Of a stretch of 64,000 bases of DNA, positions 1 to 9,200 are shown one piece after another. Positions within the stretch are counted from its first letter, which is position 1, and each line of letters begins with the position of its first letter. The notes below the pieces were generated by a model. That model was given only the letters and a program-made list of their open reading frames with translations, had not been told where the DNA came from and did not search any database. A program made the translations under genes and the position numbers. Source of the DNA: Clostridiales bacterium (lineage in GTDB: Bacteria > Bacillota > Clostridia > DUOD01); assembly GCA_012838995.1 (NCBI GenBank), contig DUOD01000034.1, positions 3,079 through 67,078 of the forward strand, read 5' to 3'.

Positions 1-3000
1 GAATCAATGGTAGCCGGAAAATTGACAGGGCTTAATATATCCTCCTATCTAAATGAAACATCTGCCGATTCCTTGAACAAAACAAGGGCCTATATCGGTA
101 CGGGAGCTGAGGTTACCGCTGACAATGATATTACCATATCAGCCAGGGACAATACTAAGGTTTCAATCCTTGCGGGTGGTGCCTCTGCCGGTACCGTGGG
201 CGTAGGCGGCGGTGTTGGCATAGCTACTGTTAATACCACGACAGAAGCCTTCGCAGGTAATAATTCAAAACTTTGGGCAGGTAGAAATATTACCATAGAA
301 GCGGTTAATCAGGCGGATGGCGGTACTCAGTACAGCGTAATTGCCTTTGGAGGCGGTGCCGGATTGGTAGGCGGTATCGGGGCGTCAGTGGCATACCTTG
401 ATGTTAACAATACCGTACGGTCTTATATAGGCACGGGGGCACAGGTTTCAAAGGCTAATGAACTAAAAGTTAATTCAACTGTAAACAATACATTGAAAGC
501 CGAGGCAGTGGGTGCCAGCGGTGGCGTCAACGGTGCGGTGGGTGCTTCCCTTGCCAGGGCCAACCTCACCGGTAGGGCCGAATCCTACCTTGGTAACAGT
601 GTATCGGTACAGCAAACGGTATCCATTAATGTAAGATCACAGTGGATTAGCGATATAAATGCAACTTCATGGGCCGGTGCCTTTGGAATCGGTGCATCAG
701 GCAACGGTGCTGTGGCATTGGCATCGGCTGATCCTATAGTGTCAGCTTACTTTGGCAACAATGTCAACATAAACACCAGTGGAAGTATAAACATCTTGAG
801 TCAGTCTGAGATAAATGTCTATAGTAAGACCTTTGGCGTAAGCGTCGGAGCCGTGAATGTAGGTGCATCCGTTTCAGAGGCCAGGATCGCTCCTGTTGTT
901 AGCGCATATATAGGCAGTGGCAATGTAAAGGCAGGGGGCGGTATAAGACTTGAATCGCTGCATAATAGCCAAAGCAACGGCGCAACCGTTGATAAAGGCG
1001 CCACTGCAGAAGCCGAAGCATCCGGCGGATCTTTGGTGGGCGGTACCGGAGCCCATGCCAAAGCCATATCTTCCGCTGATGTATATACATATACGGGCAG
1101 CGGTTCGGTGCTGGAAGCCGGCCAGTCTATTGCCATAAGAGGTATTTCTTATAACAAGGCAGTATCCAAGGCCTATGGTATTACCGGCGGACTGGTGGCA
1201 GCGGTGGGCGCAGCCCTGGCCGATGCAACCACTGACGGCATTACCAGGGCTTATATGAACGGACGGGTGAATAACGGCAGTGCATTTCAGGTAGTAGTCC
1301 AGGGATTCGATACAGCTTCTGCCGAAAGCTGGGCAGCAGCCGGTGGTATTGCCGCGGGAAGCGGTAACCATGCCAAGGCAACGGTATCACCTATAGTTGA
1401 AAGCTACCTTGGCAATGGAGCAGTTGTTGTGGTATCAGGAAATGTTGAAGTAATTGCCCATGGCATTGCCAATGCCTACGCCCGAACCTGGGGCGTAAGT
1501 GCGGGTGCCGCTACGGTGGGTGTATCTCTGGCCCATGCCGTTATTTCATCTGAAGTATCGGCTTATTTCGGAAATAACGTATCGGTTAATGCCGGAGGCG
1601 ATATCATTATAAAAGCCCTCCATAATTACAATTTCGACGGGGCTAAACGCGGTGAAAAGGCTCAGGCCGTTGCCAATGCCAGCGGCGGCGGTGCTCTTGT
1701 AGGAGCCACCGGAGCAGAAGCGAAAGTTTCCCATACAGCTCAGGTTAATGCATACGTAGGTACTGGAGCGAATGTATCCGCCGGACGGGATGTCATTATA
1801 CAAGCATTGGGCAACATAAACGGCCTGGCCAGCGGAGACGGTAATTCAGGCGGCGTTGTAGGTATAGGCGGCGTAGTGGTAGAAGTTTCTAACAACGGTG
1901 TTATAAAGGCATATATAGATTCCACAACCCAAAATCCTTCCAATGTCGTAGCAGGTAGACACCTTACGGTAAGCGTACTGGGAAGCAGTACACCTACTGC
2001 CACTTCTGAGCAGGCTGCCGGCGGTATAGTATCCGGCGGTGGTTCTTCGGCGAATGCTGTATCGCAATTGCAGGTTAATGCCTACCTTGGCACAAGCGGC
2101 GGTACCTTTAGCAGCAACACAGGAAATATAACTGTAAAAGCCCGGGGTGATGGCAGTATCAATGCAGAGGCTAAGGGTATAAATGTAGGCGGTATTTCAG
2201 TGGGTGCTTCCACAGCATCGGCCAATTGGGTAGCTACTATAGGAACTTCAGTAGGAAAAGGAACGGCGTTAACGGCCGGTAATAATATAGATATTATAGC
2301 AGAGCATGTAAATGACTGGACAAGGTCCTACGCCACCACCTCTACCGGTAATCTGGTGGGAGGGGTAGGTTCCAATGCCGATGTGACGGCGGTATCTACT
2401 GTTGAATGTAGCTTTGGGCAAAATTCCAGCCTCCAGGCGGGCAATAATATAAACATAAGATCGGAATCCTGGAGCGTCACCGAGGCCGAGGCTTCGGGCT
2501 CGGCTTATGGCGTGGCGGCAGCCGGAATTACCAAAGCAACAAATATACTCGTCGATACTACCGGTGTAAAAACAGAAAACGGTGTGTCCATGGAGGCCGG
2601 CAATGATCTGAATATTTCAGCTCTATCTACCACAAAAGCACGAAAATGTCATGCCACCGGCGGTGCCGGCGGTGTGGCAGCCGGGGCAAGTACCAGCGCC
2701 GATACCGATCTAAATGTCTTAACTACGGTTATATTGGGCGCCGGAAGCAGATTGACAGCGGATAATATAAATGAAATCCTTGCTCAAAGCAGCATGGATG
2801 CCGATGGCTGGGCAAAAATAGATACAGGCGGTGCCGTAACTTTTAACAGAACCCAGTCGAATGTAGATGTTTATGCCGTTACTCAGGTAGAGATAGCAAA
2901 CGGATGTACAGTTGAGGGCAGGGATACATATATCCTGGCTAAGGTAATAAGATTGTATGCCAATTCCTTTGCTTACTCCAAAACCTATGCAGTACATTCC

Positions 3001-3200
3001 AAGTCAGAGGGTATATCCCGTTTGAATGTTACTTCCATTACCAATGTGGTTGTCCGGGGAGCTACCTTAAGAGGAGGAAATACCCTGGAGATACGGTCCA
3101 GGCAGGACGGTATAGATACCGACAGCCATTCCCACGGTGAAATAGGGGCAGGGGCTACAGGCTCAATTATCACCGAGGGTTCAAATAACTTAAGTATAGA
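1..3200 (+). repeat. degenerate G/A/S-rich coding repeats (recurring x-AY[ILF]G-x-[GN]... A-G-x-[DN]-I-x-I-x-A modules)
   Basis: Motifs recur in the translated ORF: AYIGTGAEV, SYIGTGAQV, SYLGNSVSV, AYFGNNVNI, AYIGSGNVK, SYLGNGAVV, AYFGNNVSV, AYVGTGANV, AYLGTSGG. Each is followed by glycine-rich strands. Unit boundaries are not sharply defined. Confidence 0.6.
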
Positions 3201-6200
3201 TTCCTTCGTGGATGTGAAATCCGGATCTAAGCTTTATTCCGATGATATCCTGGTAGAAGCGGAATCGCCCAGGGATACTGCAATATATGGAAAGGACGCG
3301 GCCGCGGTAGCCCACACAGCCGTTGAATACGTCACTGAATTCATAGAAAAAGTGACCACGGTGGTAGAAAAGGTTGTGGAAAAGATAGTTAAATGGGCGC
3401 CATGGCCCTTTAACCTTATAATAAGTTGGATAACCAAAACCGTAACCAGGGTTATTAGGGAAACCGTAAAGGTTGTAAAGGAAGTAATCCTTGACAGTGA
3501 AGTTAGCAGCAGTACACCGGGAAGCTTTACAAGCGATAACAGGATTAACCTGGAGGGTGATATATACCTAGGTAATGCGGCGGGTGTATCCGTGATAATA
3601 GATCCGGATGGTACTATACATACCTCGGGTACTATAACGGCCTATAGAAGCGGTAATGAGATAATAATAAATCCTTTTACCAATCAGCAAATGGGTGTGC
3701 TGAAAATAAATTCACCAAGGGGCGCCGTAACGGGCAATGCAGTTGTTCACCAAAATTCCATCGTATCTTTGCTTGAAATTATAAATAATTCAAACTACCA
3801 TTTAAGAATAAATGGTATAAACCTGATCAGTGATGATCTGTCAAAACCCAGTGAATATATTTACGCAGAAGACGGACGGGATACGATAAATATTACATAT
3901 ACAACAGATATAACGAGCATGCCCATTATAAACATAATATGTACCAAGGCTGCCAATATAATCATTGCCGGAATAATAGAAAATATGACCGGTACGGTTA
4001 ATATAAATACTGCAGGCGGAAGCGTATATTTTGCACCGGGTGGTGCCATTGAGGCATATATTCTCAACATGTCGGCTCCTTTGGGCAACATTGGAGAAAG
4101 TCCAAGTAAAAGGGCAATTTTGAGACTGTACAAAAAAGATTCCTATAATCCAACCGTAAATATTGAAGCCGGAGGTAATGGATATTTAGATATTCAACTT
4201 AGGGAAATTCGATTAACTCCTAGCGGTGACCCTATAGATAATATTAAGCTAGGTAATATAGATGTCGGAGGTTTGCTGGATATCCTTGCGTCCCAGGCCC
4301 ATTGCTGGTCAATAAATCCTGAGGATGGAGTAGTCATTGTTGATGCTAAGGGTGTATATATAGTACAGACAATAACCAGTGGAAACGGTTTAATTATACG
4401 ATTGGTTTCCGGTGATTTGCATATAAACGGCAGCATCCAAACTCAAGATGACGGAGAAATAGCGGTATCCGGCTCAATCCAGAGGGGTCAGGGCAGTGGT
4501 CCGGAAATAGTTGCAGGCAATTTAGTACTCACAGCGGGCGGTGACATCGGACAGTCATTCGGCTTGGTTAGGATTAGGCTGAAGTCCCTGGCAGTAATTA
4601 ATGTTATTGCCGGAGGCAATACCTATCTTCATGAAGTGGCAGGCAACATTAATCTGGGAATTGTACAATCCGGAGGAAATGTACATCTTAAAGCCCAGGG
4701 TTCTATACTTGATAATGATAATACGGGTAACGCTGTTGTATCAGGAAATGACGTTACCATGGAAGCTTTAAGCGGCACCATAGGTACAAAGGATGGGTTT
4801 GTGGATATATTAGCATGTGGGCTATTAAATGCTACGGCAAAAGACGGTATATATATCAACCAGGTTGACGGTCTATTGAATCTGGGCTCAATAAATGCAA
4901 CCCATGGTAATATATGGCTGAAAGCATTGAAGTCCATCCTAGACAATGATAATACAGACGCAGTCAATATAAAAGGTACGGATATTACATTGCAGTCCAT
5001 AACAGGAAGTATAGGCACTGCAGATAACTTCCTGGATATAATAGCTGCAGGTGTACTCAATGCTGCAGCTAAGGACGGTATCTACATCTACGAAGTAGAA
5101 GGTACCATGGATGTCGATACGGTGACTTCGGCAGAAGGCGATGTATACCTCAAGACAGCAGGTTCTATCCTGGACAGCAACGCTAACGACGAAGCTAATG
5201 TGATTGGTAAGAATATAACCTTGGTAGCTATAACCGGCGGCATAGGAGCTATAGACAACTTCCTGGATATAATAGCTGCAGGTGTACTCAATGCCACTGC
5301 TAAGGACGGTATCTACATCTACGAAGTAGAAGGCACCATGGATGTCGATACGGTGACTTCGGCAGAAGGTGATATATACCTCAAGGCAGCAGATTCCATC
5401 TTGGATAGCAATGACAATGACGATGCCAATGTGATAGGTAAGAATATTACCTTGGTAGCTATAACCGGCGGCATAGGCGATATAGATAACTTCCTGGATA
5501 TAGTGGCTGCAGGCGTACTCAATGCTACAGCTAAAGACAGTATCTACATCTATGAAGTGTTTGGCACCATGGACATTGGCGTTGTGACTTCAGTGGAAGG
5601 CGATGTATACCTTAAGGCAAAAGCTTCCATCTTAGATAGCAACGATAATGATGATGTTAATGTAACAGGTAAAAATATAACCTTGGTATCTATAATCGGC
5701 AGCATAGGTACACTGGATAACTTCCTTGACATAGATTCCGGCATAAGCGCTGCCGGCAAAGTAGATGCCACAGCCTTGAGAAGCATTTACCTGTATGAAG
5801 AAAAAGGAGATCTTAATGTAGGCTTGATTAGCTCAATAACAGGCGATATATACCTCAAGGCCCAAGGCAATATAACAGACCATTATAACACCGACTTGGT
5901 CAATGTAATAGGCAATAACATTACACTGGTGGCAATAACCGGCGGTATAGGTACTATAGACAATTTCTTGGACATAATAGCAAAAGGTGTACTCAATGCA
6001 GCAGCAGTAAGGGATATCTTCATCTACGAGATAATAGGTGCCATGGATGTTGGCGTAGTGACTTCAACGACAGGTGACGTATACCTCAAGGCTGCAGGAT
6101 CCGTTTTGGATAGCATGAACACGGATACTGCCAACGTAATAGGCAAGAACATAACCCTGGTATCTATACTTGGCTCCATAGGAAAAGAAACCAACTTCCT

Positions 6201-9200
6201 TGATGTAGTAGCCACAGGCGTGGTGAATGCAGCAGCGCTGGGAGATATCTTCATCTACGAGATAATAGGAAACATGGATGTTGGTGTAGTGACTTCAGCG
6301 GTTGGGGATATATACCTTAGGGCAGAAGGTTCCATCATGGACGGCAACGATAACGACGATGCCAACGTAATGGGCAAGAATATAACCTTAGAAGCGATAA
6401 ATGGCGGCATAGGAGCTATAGATAACTTCCTGGATATAATAGCTGCAGGTGTACTAAATGCTACTGCTAAGGGCGGTATCTACATCTACGAAGTTGAAGG
6501 TACTATGGACGTTGACGTGGTGACTTCAGAAGAAGGTAATGTATACCTTAAAGCGGAAGGTTCCATTCTGGATAGCAATGACAATGACGACGCCAACGTA
6601 ATTGGTAGGAATATTACCTTGGTAGCTATAACCGGCAGCATAGGTACCTTGGATAACTTCCTGGATGTGGCGGCAAAGGGCGTGCTGAACGCCACGGCCA
6701 AGGGAGGTATCTATATTTTCCAAGTAGAGGGTTCTTTGAATCTTGATGTAATAGAATCAGGCACAAGTGACATATATCTTAAAGCAAAGGAAAGCATCTT
6801 GGATGCTAATAATAATGACGAAGCCAATATCATAGGCAGGAACGTAACCTTAGAAGCCATAAACGGCGGTATAGGTACCTTGGATAACTTCCTGGATGTG
6901 GCGGCAAAGGGCGTGCTGAACGCCATGACCAAAGGAGACATCTATATCTACGAAATAGCCGGCACTATGAACCTTGGGATAGTAAGGTCGTTAAGCGGTG
7001 ACGTACACCTTATGGCATTGGAACCCATCATGGACAGCAATAATAACGACAATGCCAATATAATAGGCGGTAATATAACCCTGCTGGCTATAAAAGGCGG
7101 TGTAGGTACTCTTAATAACTTCCTGGATATAATGTCGAAAGGCTTGGTTGACGTCCTGGCAACTAAGAGCATATACATCTATGAAGTGGATAGCACCATG
7201 GACTTGGGACTGGTAATTTCAATAGACGGAGACGTTTACCTCAAAGGGTTAGAGTCCATTTTAGACGGTGAAAACAAAGATAATGTCAACGTGATAGGAA
7301 ATCATATTACCCTGGTATCCCTAAAGGGCGGCATCGGTACCAAGGATAACTTTGTAAATATAGTAGCTTTAGGCATATTAAATGCAAAGACAGTAAAGAG
7401 CATCTACATCTATCAAATGGTGGGTGACATGAACCTTGATGTAGTAACCTCAACTGGTGGAGATGTACATCTTATAGCTGCAGAGAATATTGTAGATGCT
7501 AATAATAACAATAGCAATAACGTAATAGGAAGACATATTACATTGGTTTCCGAAACCGGTGGTATAGGTAGTTCGGATAACTTCCTTGATATAGATTCGA
7601 CCGACGGAAAAGTAGATGCACAGGCTGTAAAGGATATTTTCTTAGTAGACACAGCGGGCAACTTAAATGTGGGTGTAATAAAATCCACAACCGGAGATAT
7701 ATACTTAAAGGCAAACGGTTATATATTGGATTACCACAACAACGGCAAGGCTAACATAATAGGCAATAATATAACTTTGGAATCCATAAAGGGCGGCGTA
7801 GGGAATATAGACAACTTACTTGATTTGGATTCCGCCGTAGGTACTAAAGGAGAGGTAAACATCAAGGCAGCAGGCGGCATATACGTCCAAGAGGTTGCCG
7901 GTAATCTGAGCATAGGGCAGATTACATCCAAGACCGGTGATGTATATGTCAAGGCAGCCGGTCACATCCTCGACCATGATAATACGGATGGTGCCAATAT
8001 TATAGGCAGAAGCATAACGTTGGTATCCGTAACCGGTGGCATTGGAAGCATCGACAATTTCCTGGATATAGACTCGGCAGCAAATCGAGGCGGAAAGGTA
8101 GATGCTAATGCAGCAACCCATGTATACTTACATGAAATAGCCGGAGATATGTCATTGGGCAATGTAAATGCTACGACCGGTGACGTATACCTCAAAGCTC
8201 AGGGTTCTATTCTTGATCACGATAACAATACCAAGGCCAATGCCAAGGGTAGGAATATAACCCTGGAAGCCATAAAAGGCGGCATTGGCAAGTTGAACAA
8301 CTACATGGACGTATCGGCAACCGGTAAGCTTACGGCTAGGGCCACAGGCAGCATATACATCTATGAAGTAGCCGGTAACATGAACCTGGTACTGGCGGTT
8401 TCAAATACCGGGGACGTGTACCTTAAGGCTAAAGGTTCCATACTGGACAGCAACGGTACAAATGAAGCCGATGTTATAGGAAATAACATCATCCTTGAGT
8501 CCACACAGGGCGGCATCGGAACTTCGAATAACTTCCTGGATATAAATTCCGCTCAATCAAAGAGCGGTAGAGTAGATGCCGCAGCTACAGGAAGCATATA
8601 TCTCTATGAAACAGCCGGTAATCTCAGCATAGGCCTTATAAGCTCCATGGCCGGCGATGTCTACTTAAGTGCACGGGGCAGCATTGTGGATAATAACAAT
8701 AACGATATGCCCAATGTCGTAGGTAGAAATCTTAACTTGGAAGCCATGGGCGGTATCGGAACATTGGGTAATTTCCTTGACATACGTTCGGCTGTTAGCG
8801 GAGCAGGTAAGGTGGATGCATCGGCACCCTCTGGTATATATCTATACCAGATGGCAGGTAACCTAGCTGCGGGTGTGATAATTTCTTCATCAGGAGATGT
8901 ACACCTGAAGGCACGACAATCCATACTGGATTACAACAGGACAGATGCGGCAAATGTCATAGGAAATAATATCACCTTTGAAGCCATGGACGGCGGCATA
9001 GGCGAAGTGGACAATTATTTAGATATCTCCGCAAGGGCGGTTCTTAAGGCCACAGCCAGGGGTAGTATACACATATATGAAGTGGCTGGTGTCATGAACC
9101 TGGATGTTGTAGTTTCTGCCACCGGTGACGTATACTTCAGGGCCGCAGGCTCCATCCTTGATTACGGAAATACACAATCGGCCAATGTAATAGGTAATAA

